Below, piece after piece: positions 11,301-19,373 of a DNA stretch of 49,820 bases (positions are counted from its first letter, which is position 1; every line of letters begins with the position of its first letter). Position numbers and translations under genes: made by a program. This DNA is from a virus. Its lineage: Duplodnaviria > Caudoviricetes. Location: the IMG/VR virus record IMGVR_UViG_3300030037_000007, positions 1 through 49,820 of that record; one strand, written 5' to 3'. Below the pieces are notes generated by a model. That model had not been told where the DNA came from and did not search any database. It worked only from the letters and a program-made list of their open reading frames with translations.

Positions 11301-12340
11301 GCAGGGAATTATCATTAGGCAATCCGGCAACAAGTGGCTTTGTTCTTTCGTCAACTGTAGCGGGCGTCAGATCTTGGATTGCACCGGCTAGTGGCGGGGG
11401 TGGAGTATCAAGAAGTGGTACTACTTCACAATACGAGCTTACCCAATTTCAAGGTGATACCGACGTAGTAGAAGGTAGCGGGATTGTTCTTGTTGATTAT
11501 GACGGCGCAAAGGCAATACCTGAAAATGCTATTGAAGGTTATGTCACGCCGCCAACCAATACGGTTGGTATAACGGAAGGGCAAAACCTAAACAACGGGG
11601 CTTCGTTTGACGCATACGTCAATAAAATAATGGTCTACACAGGAAGCGATCGAATTAATGTTGACCTTCCAAACTACGGAGGCACTGACGGCAACGGTGC
11701 TATTAACGGTTCAACTGACACCTATGATGTTGGGGACGTTTTCGCCTTGCGTAATAGCGGAACGGAAAATATAAATCTAAGGGTCGGCAATACGTCAGGG
11801 GGAACAATTCAGCCCCTTGGTACCACGTCGGTTTCAATTGCTCCAGGTGGTTATGCGGCACTAGTTAAAACATCAACTAACCTAGAATTCGAGCTATTAA
11901 GCCAAGCCGGACAGAACGCGCCAACTTCACAATCCAATGTAATAGCCACGCGTTTCGAGCAGCAGGGCGGTGTAGGTTTCACGCAAACAAGCAGCAATAC
12001 TAACGTCGTCGCCTTGACGTTAGCCGACATGGATCTTGTTAACGGTGAAACTTACGAGCTTACTTGGACGGGTCAAGTTACCACGACGGACGCAGGTAAC
12101 GAGGCTGTTATAACAATTAACAAAGAGCTTCTAAACCAATCGCCGCTAGTAAAAACAAGCTTGGATCAAAAAGGCATACGTGAAGCATTGGCGAATGTTC
12201 CAGGGCCGGAAGTAATGATTTTGTATTACACAGCAACCGCTACAGAACAAGTAGATTTCACCGTCGAAATAAACTCTTACGATAATTCAACGAGTGTAAC
12301 CGTTTCCGCTAATGCACTAAAAATACAGAGGATTTCATAA
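8357..12340 (+). CDS. Large mosaic fibre/adhesin-like virion protein (1327 aa)
   Basis: Short collagen-like GATGAPGASG, fibre repeat VIDNLSSTSATDALSANQG, two VQ.DWDQTD...DDYI.NKP motifs and two duplicated ~110-aa domains. No signal peptide. Confidence 0.65.
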   Translation: MANVNGSAGEDWALVHSSSFNGIVRLTAGFPKGIGYVGASAPTPTTPGFSIDRDGEQLTIPFGESFYLRAYQGSVSVTLVSVGGAGTGGGYQVYEKTTNNQPAVFTSTANRDAYFTAQASELVSINNSGFAVGIGTVAEDPQQSNISQWQARIEGAWIDVVTTLVGATGAPGASGNSYFFASDAQRDAFFSVPANRALLEHDLPITVNNGGDAEIAYWTGLTAPASYDSNLWRATSLMVPAGSVTLGGVRISEGGNALVLTNESTGARYLAQGSQFDDTGSFPTNNLPVVAALIANPPQSVDTDTFSGNRLTLGIPAPSDFLLKDFGLRFNGATQEVTVSVHPGTDDTLTAIATINFNAVDGDNTLLYDSNPRFVSGSDYFIVYETTSPELNILGDNSGAAFAPYFTSNVWPYLEVTGASSASSVTLFTDVTDAGSGQIITAAERTEISNPADKIVYTVEQSASLPAGAVDGVFALVTVGIPSSPKGIYQKEPAGWNINLDVSATVLAVIDNLSSTSATDALSANQGRALKLLIDNNSDFTQFSALRSTLTTGNELDYALVSPGTSAEPAGVYRSLSSIWVLILDMSTIGDLNVQPDWDQTDNTQDDYIQNKPSNVTQISVNRLAHGFAVLDAVYWAGASFQWQKAQSNNLFTSASIGIVTEVSDGNNYVITTSGLVENFTTGLVDAGTYYLSPSLAGLITTSISNQEGDFLKRVLTGIGTTSAYIHDNGHIQNLNAYVDASISGQNLTLVKRDNGTTVLTLPSSGGDTNVQSDWDQTDVAADDYIENKPTTITQAERDAIANAPHFTVSETHTGHGFSVGDPVFETGSNLIPWVTAQADSRLRSSGVGIVVAVPDANNYTIQFSGVTSALSGITDGTEYYLSDTTQGGIVTSVPTTVGSFIRHIYTGLEGGDAFIHDNTTVEIKADNDTNALFLGEFADLATLQTAHPTAETGSTAVITALDGQLYYWNGTAWANTNALTGRELSLGNPATSGFVLSSTVAGVRSWIAPASGGGGVSRSGTTSQYELTQFQGDTDVVEGSGIVLVDYDGAKAIPENAIEGYVTPPTNTVGITEGQNLNNGASFDAYVNKIMVYTGSDRINVDLPNYGGTDGNGAINGSTDTYDVGDVFALRNSGTENINLRVGNTSGGTIQPLGTTSVSIAPGGYAALVKTSTNLEFELLSQAGQNAPTSQSNVIATRFEQQGGVGFTQTSSNTNVVALTLADMDLVNGETYELTWTGQVTTTDAGNEAVITINKELLNQSPLVKTSLDQKGIREALANVPGPEVMILYYTATATEQVDFTVEINSYDNSTSVTVSANALKIQRIS

Positions 12341-12341
12341 C

Positions 12342-13640
12342 ATGGCAGTTACTACATATATTTTTAATCAGTCAGTGGGGGCCGTTGATTATGTTGATAA
12401 CTATTTCACCGACCAAGCTCCTAAATTGGAAACAGTTTTTTCAACCTATTTAACAGAGGTTCATTATTGGGAGGTGTCGGGCGTAGATGATGTAATCACC
12501 ATTTACTCGCACGACAACCAAGCGCTTACGACGCCACAGCAGGACGCTATACACGCACTACTTGACGACCTGTCAAATGTCGAGGCTCCAAATAATGCAG
12601 TGCCTTACGACAGCCAAACGCCCGACAACGTACTAGAAATAACCACAGCGGTGGACGCAACATACGAGGTTACAAAGCAGTATCGATACGTTTATCTGAC
12701 CGTTAGCGCGGGCGCGGTGGCAACACTAAACCTTAATATCTCTAATGGCTTGGATGTTGGAGAGTCGTTTGAACTGGTTATGGCTTTGTCGTTTGCTGGC
12801 GGGGCTGGCCTTTCTATGGATGGGCTTTCGGGTGATGTGTTCGACGGATCAGGAAATTCTAATTTAGGTATAAATGTAAACGGTACCTATTCCGTTATTA
12901 TCCACAAGCTATCCACAGGCGTGCAAATATCGACCGCTATAAAAGACCCAGTTGCACACACTCAGGTAATCATTCCAGATTATTATATTAAGTTTGACGG
13001 TGTGGATAGTCACTTCGAAGTTGCCGCAGTAGATTTGACCGGAAACCTTGTCAATGTTTTGGACATGACGCAGGCATGGACAATAACCGGAATAATCAGG
13101 GAAGAGCATTTTGACTCCAATACGGTCATGTTCAATCGCTGGGCTAATTCTGTAGGCATAGGGAAGTACCTTGGAACAAATATATTTTTTCATACCGTAA
13201 ACGGTAACGGCGGTGGGTACTACTTCACGGGTGAGCAAGCCACCAACTTAACCAATAAGCGGTTTTTCTTCATAAACGACGGGGCAACGCTAACTTGTTA
13301 CATTGAGGATAGCGTGGGATTCACCACCACGCATAACGCAGGAAACAGTACAATATTTAACGGTCAGTTAATTGTAGGACTAAGGAAGCACTACTCAACG
13401 ATTATGAGCCAAACGGCGGCAGGTATTGACGATGTTCTAATATTTAATACAGCGTTAAGTTCTGCTCAGAGATTAGAGGTTGTCGCATCCAGTGACCGCA
13501 CAAATATTTCAAATTATGCAGATGTTGGCGCGTATTGGAAAATGGGAGACGATACATTCCCCGCCATTCACGACGAAAAACGCAATGTAGATAACACCTA
13601 TTTAAACGGGTTGGCTACTGATTATAAGGAAGTTACATAA
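12342..13640 (+). CDS. Protein with C-terminal LamG/concanavalin-A-like domain
   Basis: YIKFDGVD....V, GIDDVLIFNTALS and AYWKMGD motifs. Confidence 0.75.
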   Translation: MAVTTYIFNQSVGAVDYVDNYFTDQAPKLETVFSTYLTEVHYWEVSGVDDVITIYSHDNQALTTPQQDAIHALLDDLSNVEAPNNAVPYDSQTPDNVLEITTAVDATYEVTKQYRYVYLTVSAGAVATLNLNISNGLDVGESFELVMALSFAGGAGLSMDGLSGDVFDGSGNSNLGINVNGTYSVIIHKLSTGVQISTAIKDPVAHTQVIIPDYYIKFDGVDSHFEVAAVDLTGNLVNVLDMTQAWTITGIIREEHFDSNTVMFNRWANSVGIGKYLGTNIFFHTVNGNGGGYYFTGEQATNLTNKRFFFINDGATLTCYIEDSVGFTTTHNAGNSTIFNGQLIVGLRKHYSTIMSQTAAGIDDVLIFNTALSSAQRLEVVASSDRTNISNYADVGAYWKMGDDTFPAIHDEKRNVDNTYLNGLATDYKEVT

Positions 13641-14182
13641 TGTCGAAAAGATACTTTTTGGTAATAAATCCGACACAGGCAGACAAGGATAATTCCGTTC
13701 AAGCGGCCAATGGGAATACTGATTATATCCAATCAATCATTCCTAAGTATCATGTGCTAAGCCCTGTAGGTTCTTACGTGTTCAGCAATGGCGTAGAATT
13801 ATTGGTAGGCGATGTACAGATAGATTCAAGCGGCATACAGGTAAATCCTGACGAGGTGCGAGTATTCGCAGAAGGTAGGCTTTGCCAAGATTGGGCGACG
13901 ATACCGGACGGATTAAAGCGAACTGTCAGGGATCATGAAAGGGCTTCAGGTCGTGACATGGTTAATACTTTGGAGGGAAGCTATGACGGCATAGACGACG
14001 CAGAAGCGGCAGCGCTATTAATAAAAGTGGGCGACGTGAAAGTCTCTTTGGATTCTGGCTACCTTGGCTTGGCGTATTATGAATCCAACCTGTTAACCGT
14101 AGACGCAGTATTTACACAGCCCAGGAAAGACGAACTATTGGCGCTTATTGGCTCGTACTTTGTCAAATTTCCAAAAGACTGA
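13640..14182 (+). CDS. Hypothetical protein, possibly a fibre-associated chaperone
   Basis: TAATG translational coupling to the LamG gene. Confidence 0.55.
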   Translation: MSKRYFLVINPTQADKDNSVQAANGNTDYIQSIIPKYHVLSPVGSYVFSNGVELLVGDVQIDSSGIQVNPDEVRVFAEGRLCQDWATIPDGLKRTVRDHERASGRDMVNTLEGSYDGIDDAEAAALLIKVGDVKVSLDSGYLGLAYYESNLLTVDAVFTQPRKDELLALIGSYFVKFPKD

Positions 14183-14334
14183 GGTTGTCCCAATGCCCGA
14201 GAATGTAACCCTAAGTTTTCGAAGACTTGCTATAATAACCCTTGCAGTTACTTTTATTGTTTCGGTTGTGCTAACTGTTATTATGAAAGAGAAAGCAAAA
14301 ACTGATAAAAACATAGAGATAGAGGCGAGTGAAT

Positions 14335-14646
14335 ATGTTTCAGGGAGTAAAAGGCAGGCTTGACTTGTACATTGATACGGCGGCCAAGGTTGGGACTGAG
14401 TTAATCAACAATCCAAAGTTTGGCCCAGCAGCCGGGGCGATTTCCTTTGGCGTATATTACGCTGAATTATCGGGGGCTCTTGGTGTTGTGGCTGGTGCCC
14501 TTGGTGCTATTGGTGCGGCAATTGCCATATATGTAAAGCTGGCTTCTTGGGGTTACGACAAGAGAATAAAAAGCCAGAAGTTGAAGCAAACAAAGCTGGA
14601 AATTAAAAGTCTTGAGGATGTAATGAAAAGGAGAGGGGGCAAATAG
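14335..14646 (+). CDS. Holin-like membrane protein
   Basis: One or two hydrophobic helices (LSGALGVVAGALGAIGAAIAIYV) and a highly basic C-tail. Last gene of the late operon. RBS GAGG. Start 14329 (GTG) or 14335 (ATG). Confidence 0.55.
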   Translation: MFQGVKGRLDLYIDTAAKVGTELINNPKFGPAAGAISFGVYYAELSGALGVVAGALGAIGAAIAIYVKLASWGYDKRIKSQKLKQTKLEIKSLEDVMKRRGGK

Positions 14647-14657
14647 CCCCCTTTTCT
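14629..14657. terminator. Intrinsic terminator between converging late and early operons
   Basis: GGGGGC-AAATA-GCCCCC-TTTT. Confidence 0.75.
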
Positions 14658-14663
14658 ACTATA

Positions 14664-14870
14664 TTATTCGGCATACATTAGAAAAAGAAACCCCGAACCC
14701 GTATACCATTTATCAACAAGAGTTTTGATTTCTTCGGCTTCGCAATCTTCAAAATCTTTATCGTTACTTATTAGATCTTCTGATAATTCGGTAAATGACC
14801 ACCCCTCAAAATCATATCCACTATCAATGGCATTATCTAATGCTCGACTAACAGCTTCTTGTGTGGGCAT
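14664..14870 (-). CDS. Small acidic hypothetical protein
   Basis: Coupled to the upstream gene (TAATG). 17 D/E versus 4 K/R in 68 aa. Confidence 0.7.
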   Translation of the reverse strand: MPTQEAVSRALDNAIDSGYDFEGWSFTELSEDLISNDKDFEDCEAEEIKTLVDKWYTGSGFLFLMYAE

Positions 14871-15316
14871 TAAAACGTATACCTAAAATTATTGGTTATC
14901 AACGCCTTATCGAAAGCAATTGAAATACCCGTATCAATTTTAAATCGATCGTATCCAATGGTTAGTGTTGGCAGCAAGTACATTGAAGCGCCCCCGCCTA
15001 ACCACGCGCCTTCTGCTTGTTCTTCTGAATAGCCAGTAACAATGCCTACTGTAACCGATGTGGAAACGCTGTATTTACCGTGATTGAATTTAGACAATTC
15101 TTTGGTGTATCCGACAACGGCAGATTGTTTATAGAACGAGTTTTTGAACGTTATAAGCGTTAGACCATTATCGAATATAACGCCTAATGCGTAGTGCGTT
15201 TCGTTAAGCTTTTCGTATTCTGATTGTGACCCGTGGCTAGACCATCCCCCTAGAATCAAATCAGTAGCGTACGCAGAAGGGGAAATGAGTATTAAAACTA
15301 GTAGCAAGTATTTCAT
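14870..15316 (-). CDS. PagP-like outer-membrane beta-barrel protein
   Basis: Signal peptide ending AYA. WSSH...NE.H and TFKNSF.KQS..VGY motifs. Alternating strands and C-terminal FRYTF beta-signal. Confidence 0.7.
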   Translation of the reverse strand: MKYLLLVLILISPSAYATDLILGGWSSHGSQSEYEKLNETHYALGVIFDNGLTLITFKNSFYKQSAVVGYTKELSKFNHGKYSVSTSVTVGIVTGYSEEQAEGAWLGGGASMYLLPTLTIGYDRFKIDTGISIAFDKALITNNFRYTF

Positions 15317-15705
15317 GATTTACCATCCATATATTTTTTGATTATGTTTATTGCTTGATCGATACCGGCGGCCCAATCTGCCGCGTACCCTACTTTTATC
15401 ATTTGCGCTAAGTGTTCGCGCTGGTTTGTTTTTACAGAGCTATACGTCTCCCCTGTTTTTTTCATTTCCAACCATAAGCCGGATAGGTCGCCAACAGGTA
15501 CGGCAATGAACAGGTCAGAGGCTCCAGGCTTTAAACCTTCGCGCTTCATCTTTGCCATTTGTTTCGCTCTATCGGTTGGCGTCTTACCTGCTAGATGAGC
15601 CCCGTTTGGTATGGCTATAATGCATTCCTGGTAATCTTGATATTGCATTTTAAACCAGCGTACAACCGCGCTTTGTTCTTTGCTTTCCTGTTGACCTCGT
15701 GGCAT
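15313..15705 (-). CDS. VRR-NUC nuclease (Holliday-junction resolvase-like)
   Basis: EQ..VV.W, AIPNG, K.EG.KPG.SDL and LWLEMK..Q motifs. Confidence 0.9.
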   Translation of the reverse strand: MPRGQQESKEQSAVVRWFKMQYQDYQECIIAIPNGAHLAGKTPTDRAKQMAKMKREGLKPGASDLFIAVPVGDLSGLWLEMKKTGETYSSVKTNQREHLAQMIKVGYAADWAAGIDQAINIIKKYMDGKS

Positions 15706-15717
15706 TGGTTAACCCTC

Positions 15718-16017
15718 CTACCATATGCTTACTTGTAGGCTCATTCCTTCTTGTATGGAGTCCAAACCATAACTAGAAAGAATTGCCTGAATGAATTTAA
15801 TTGAGCGGCTATTGCTGGATATAATCATTTTTTCCAGGTCGCCTTCATAGTCGCAAACTTCTTCTATATATCCGTCTTGAGATTCTATACCAATGCTTTC
15901 ACCTACATTATAGATGTGTGATTTTTCGTCATAAAACTTACGGTTAGAGCAGCCAATTTTTATTTTAAAAAAAGGGGCAGGTGACACAGTTTCGCTTAAT
16001 TCGTGCTTTCTTGGCAT
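15718..16017 (-). CDS. Hypothetical protein
   Basis: ORF in the tightly packed leftward operon. Confidence 0.6.
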   Translation of the reverse strand: MPRKHELSETVSPAPFFKIKIGCSNRKFYDEKSHIYNVGESIGIESQDGYIEEVCDYEGDLEKMIISSNSRSIKFIQAILSSYGLDSIQEGMSLQVSIW

Positions 16018-16208
16018 TTGATAATATCCCTTTGTTCCTGTTTGGTTAGCGGCTTGAATATTCCCACTTCAGCCGCCCCCTGTTTTGTTTCTGTGAGCCG
16101 TTGCGCATATGCTTGGCAATCTCTTAGGCCGCCATCCCCGAAGCCGGTGTGTGCGATTTCCGGCCCCAGGTCTGACGTTAAAAGGACTGCGTATGCTGGC
16201 TTATCCAC
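15996..16208 (-). CDS. Hypothetical protein
   Basis: Overlapping operon packing with an AGGTGG-type RBS region. Confidence 0.55.
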   Translation of the reverse strand: MDKPAYAVLLTSDLGPEIAHTGFGDGGLRDCQAYAQRLTETKQGAAEVGIFKPLTKQEQRDIIKCQESTN

Positions 16209-16488
16209 CTTTCTTGCAGATTGTTTTATTGATTACAGAATCAACAAAATGCTCTCTTGCTAAATTTGCTTTGCCAGAACCTCTACCCCCCATTTTTACC
16301 TTGTGCGTTAGTTCTGGCGGCGAAGGTATAACCCGTATTTCTTCCCACTCTTTATCGGGTCTAAGTACAGCACCATAAGCAGTGTTGATAATGGTCGTTA
16401 CGCCAGCCTCGTGACCTTTTTGAACATCTTCGGGTATGTGGTCAGCTACCGACAAGGAGCCGTCTTCGTCAATGAAAAGGAATTCCAT
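16201..16488 (-). CDS. Hypothetical protein
   Basis: TAATG coupling. Contains a GGRGSGK heptapeptide. Confidence 0.6.
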   Translation of the reverse strand: MEFLFIDEDGSLSVADHIPEDVQKGHEAGVTTIINTAYGAVLRPDKEWEEIRVIPSPPELTHKVKMGGRGSGKANLAREHFVDSVINKTICKKGG

Positions 16489-16778
16489 TACTCTGCTACC
16501 TGATATTGCTCTTCGTGTACGTGTTCGTTTACTTCGGTTCCTTCTACCACATGTAGACCTTCTGGCTCAACGTCTTCGGGGTTAGGGTCAATGGTAAGGC
16601 CAAACAGTTTGCCAAGCTCAGAAGCCTTCTGTGCGGCAACAAGGTTTGCATTGTCGCAAGTATGCAAAATAACTTGATCGTTGAGCATTTCTTCAAGCAT
16701 CCCCATTTGATCAAAAGTTAGGCTAGTCTCGGGAATGGTAACGGTTTTGTTTTGAAAAGAAACTTTAGGTTGTGTCAT
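16488..16778 (-). CDS. Hypothetical acidic protein, first gene after the leftward promoter
   Basis: RBS GAGGA 6 nt upstream of ATG. Confidence 0.7.
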   Translation of the reverse strand: MTQPKVSFQNKTVTIPETSLTFDQMGMLEEMLNDQVILHTCDNANLVAAQKASELGKLFGLTIDPNPEDVEPEGLHVVEGTEVNEHVHEEQYQVAE

Positions 16779-16825
16779 AATTGAATCCTCAAATTTAAAA
16801 GTGTGTGTTTGCTTGGTACAAATGA

Positions 16826-16864
16826 ATAGTAGGGCAAATGTCCTACCTTGTAAACTATTGTTTA
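16826..16864 (-). promoter_or_regulatory. Sigma70-type promoter TTTACA-N17-TACTAT with overlapping operator TAAACAATAGTTTA
   Basis: -35 at 16849-16854, -10 at 16826-16831, operator at 16851-16864. Same architecture as the 23230 and 29677 sites. Confidence 0.8.
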
Positions 16865-16883
16865 GTAAAAAGGATGAAATAAA

Positions 16884-17102
16884 ATGCGCAAGGATTTAAT
16901 AAACCAGCTCAATAGGGCGTTAGAATCTGACTATGCATTGGTCGAGCACATGCTACTTAAATCTAAAATGACGGCTATTTTACCAGACCAGACAGGGCGT
17001 TTTTCTGGCAATGTAACGGCCCTGTCTATGATGTGCGAGCTACTTGATATCGAACCTATTTATCCGTTTTATGAGGATGATTTGATTCAGCGGTTTGACT
17101 AG
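16884..17102 (+). CDS. Hypothetical protein, counter-oriented within the leftward region
   Basis: RBS AAGGA. Divergent from the 16849 promoter. Confidence 0.5.
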   Translation: MRKDLINQLNRALESDYALVEHMLLKSKMTAILPDQTGRFSGNVTALSMMCELLDIEPIYPFYEDDLIQRFD

Positions 17103-17478
17103 GAAATAGTATGGCGTGAATTGTTCTTGCCTGACCTTCTGATAGCTCGGCGTTATGTCCTCTGAAATAACCCATAACATCGGCTTTTATTTTATTTAAC
17201 GCCTTATAGTCTTCAATGTCTTGCAGTGACTCAAAAAAACTATAGCCCTCATTGCAGCCGTATCCAGCATTTATTGAATTTTGGGTAACTCCTTTCTCAG
17301 GGTGGTAGTTAACAGCTATATGACTGAAATTCGTCTTTAATTTCACATATTTTCGGTTAACTTTTTCAACGAAAAAATGAACAGGAATATTAGGTCTCCC
17401 CCCTCGCGGGCAATTATTACCCCAGCCTAACCCGTAAACCGCTTTGCCTTCATGCTCTTTGCTAATTGTTATTGGCAC
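17056..17478 (-). CDS. Hypothetical protein (small beta-barrel-like)
   Basis: RBS AAGGGG, GTG start, VEKVNRKYV motif common in phage early genes. Confidence 0.65.
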   Translation of the reverse strand: MPITISKEHEGKAVYGLGWGNNCPRGGRPNIPVHFFVEKVNRKYVKLKTNFSHIAVNYHPEKGVTQNSINAGYGCNEGYSFFESLQDIEDYKALNKIKADVMGYFRGHNAELSEGQARTIHAILFPSQTAESNHPHKTDK

Positions 17479-17488
17479 GATATACCCC

Positions 17489-17821
17489 TTAATGATAATT
17501 GCTTTGATCGATCGCTGACTTAGCCTGTATCAATCCGCGTAATCGTTGGTTATGTCTGACCATCAAATCGTATGATGTTTCGTCAGCCTTCTTTGTGCCT
17601 AACCCTTTGCGCTTCTGGATTACATTTGTGTGATGATTGGCTGTAACTTGCTCCATCATGTAAGCCTTTAATTCAACAGCTAGGCGCTTTTCTTCTGGCT
17701 CCATATCGTCAGCTATCATAATGTCGTTCAAGTCGCCCAGCCTACGCCATACGCTCTCATGGTCGATTACTGCCAAGCCTTGCCCTAGTCCTAAAATTGT
17801 TCTGGTTGGAGTTGTTTGCAT
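17489..17821 (-). CDS. Hypothetical helical protein
   Basis: TAATG coupling. Confidence 0.65.
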   Translation of the reverse strand: MQTTPTRTILGLGQGLAVIDHESVWRRLGDLNDIMIADDMEPEEKRLAVELKAYMMEQVTANHHTNVIQKRKGLGTKKADETSYDLMVRHNQRLRGLIQAKSAIDQSNYH

Positions 17822-19128
17822 TATCGTAAGCTCTCAGCGGTTTTGATTAGGTATCCTGTAATCTCATCAATTTGACCCAATACGGCTTCTACTGCCTTCT
17901 TGCCTTTGGGGGTCAAAACGATAGGGGAAATGTTCTTTACCTTGCTTATCTCTTTTGCCCAAACTGCTAAACAGATAGGGTCAATGTTTCCCTCTTCTTC
18001 GTCTTCAACCTGCTTCGGATCTTCACGAACTACAGTAGATTCAGGCTCTTGCTCAATGGCAGCGGCACGACCGGCAACAGGTGGCTCTATATCAACCAGG
18101 CTATCTTCGATCATTGTTACTTCGCCTTGTGACACGATGGTAATTTCAGGCTCCGACTCGGGTTCATTCTTCTTTTCCATAGCTGCAAGCTGTTCGCGTA
18201 ACCGTTGATTTTCCGCGTCGGTTTCAGCCTGCTTTCGGTCGGCCTCTGCCTTCTCTTCGTCGCGGGTTTCAGCCTCAAGCTTTAGCCTATGCCTTTCTGC
18301 CTTGGCCTCAGACCGGCGTTTGTACTCAGCTCTACATCTATTCAAGGAAAGCTCTAATGACTCCCTGGCTTCTTCCAAAAAACCTCCGAAATCCATTGAC
18401 GATAAATCGAAATTATTTAGTTTGTCGTGTATTTCCTGCAATTGCTCATCTGTCTTTAGATCAAGCTGAACGGCAAAGTTATGAACGTTATTTACATTTT
18501 CCCGATGAAATCGCTCCTCTTTCAGGCGCTCTTTTTCTTTCAATATTTCGATTCTTTCGGCGACTGAATTTATCTGGTTATCAACAGTTGCCTTTGCCTG
18601 TTCGATATAATCGCCAAAGTCTAGGGATTCGAAGTCAAAATTATTTAGATCGTCAAGAAGCATATTAAGGGAAATTATACCCATGCTTGGCAAGCCTTCT
18701 GTCATGCTGCGAACGCTATTAAGATTCTCTTGCCACAATCGTTCCATGGCTAGTTTCCGTTCTTCGCGTATGTCGTCGATACGCTTTTTCTCTTTCTTTA
18801 GATCGCTTTCAACGTCGCCAAACAGACCTTGTATTTTTTTGGACGTGTTAATCAACAAGGTGCGATATTTGTTAATCGGATCTTTTATAACGTCTTCTTG
18901 CTTGCTTATGTCTAGGCGCTTGTTTCTAGCGTCAGCAATGGCGGCAACGAGTTCTTTGTATGCTGGCTTGTCGTCAATATCTAGCTGCCTTAGGTGTCCG
19001 TATTTTACAGACAGTTCAGCCGCGCTTTTTTCGTCTTCTGTGAAACTAACCGTAGTGGGCCATATGGTTGCAACTGGTGGCGCTTCTTGGATTTCTTCTA
19101 CTTCTGTTGAGATTTCTTTATTTGACAT
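17821..19128 (-). CDS. Long coiled-coil protein (DUF1351-like, recombination-module associated)
   Basis: E/K/R-rich coiled coil with an internal duplication LNNFD..S(L/M)DFG..(I/L)E.A. Downstream of recT. Confidence 0.6.
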   Translation of the reverse strand: MSNKEISTEVEEIQEAPPVATIWPTTVSFTEDEKSAAELSVKYGHLRQLDIDDKPAYKELVAAIADARNKRLDISKQEDVIKDPINKYRTLLINTSKKIQGLFGDVESDLKKEKKRIDDIREERKLAMERLWQENLNSVRSMTEGLPSMGIISLNMLLDDLNNFDFESLDFGDYIEQAKATVDNQINSVAERIEILKEKERLKEERFHRENVNNVHNFAVQLDLKTDEQLQEIHDKLNNFDLSSMDFGGFLEEARESLELSLNRCRAEYKRRSEAKAERHRLKLEAETRDEEKAEADRKQAETDAENQRLREQLAAMEKKNEPESEPEITIVSQGEVTMIEDSLVDIEPPVAGRAAAIEQEPESTVVREDPKQVEDEEEGNIDPICLAVWAKEISKVKNISPIVLTPKGKKAVEAVLGQIDEITGYLIKTAESLR

Positions 19129-19140
19129 TTTATGTCGTCC

Positions 19141-19338
19141 TTATACTAAATTGAATGCGGTTATACATACGGGCAATATTTCTGGATGCTTTACTTCGTC
19201 GTCTTCTTTCAAAATTCGCCTTGCCATGTCTACAACTAATTCTTTTTTGTAGTCGGCGGTAACAATGCATGAAACTTGTTTTTTTTGCATTGTGTCAGGG
19301 TGTACGAATTCAAAAGCTAAAAAATAATCCTTTTCCAT
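19141..19338 (-). CDS. Hypothetical protein
   Basis: ORF fills the gap between recT and the coiled-coil gene. Confidence 0.55.
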   Translation of the reverse strand: MEKDYFLAFEFVHPDTMQKKQVSCIVTADYKKELVVDMARRILKEDDEVKHPEILPVCITAFNLV

Positions 19339-19373
19339 TACGTTTCCCGTTCGGGGCCGTAGCCCCTGTTAAA

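Noticed and set aside
14148-14363. ORF with one hydrophobic helix between the fibre module and the holin-like gene (possible start 14193)
   Set aside because: It could be a real spanin or antiholin-like peptide, but it overlaps the next gene and has no supporting motif. Not called.
19353-19366. GGGGC-TACG-GCCCC hairpin on the minus strand after recT
   Set aside because: No U-tract follows, so it is not called a terminator. At most a stabilising tetraloop.
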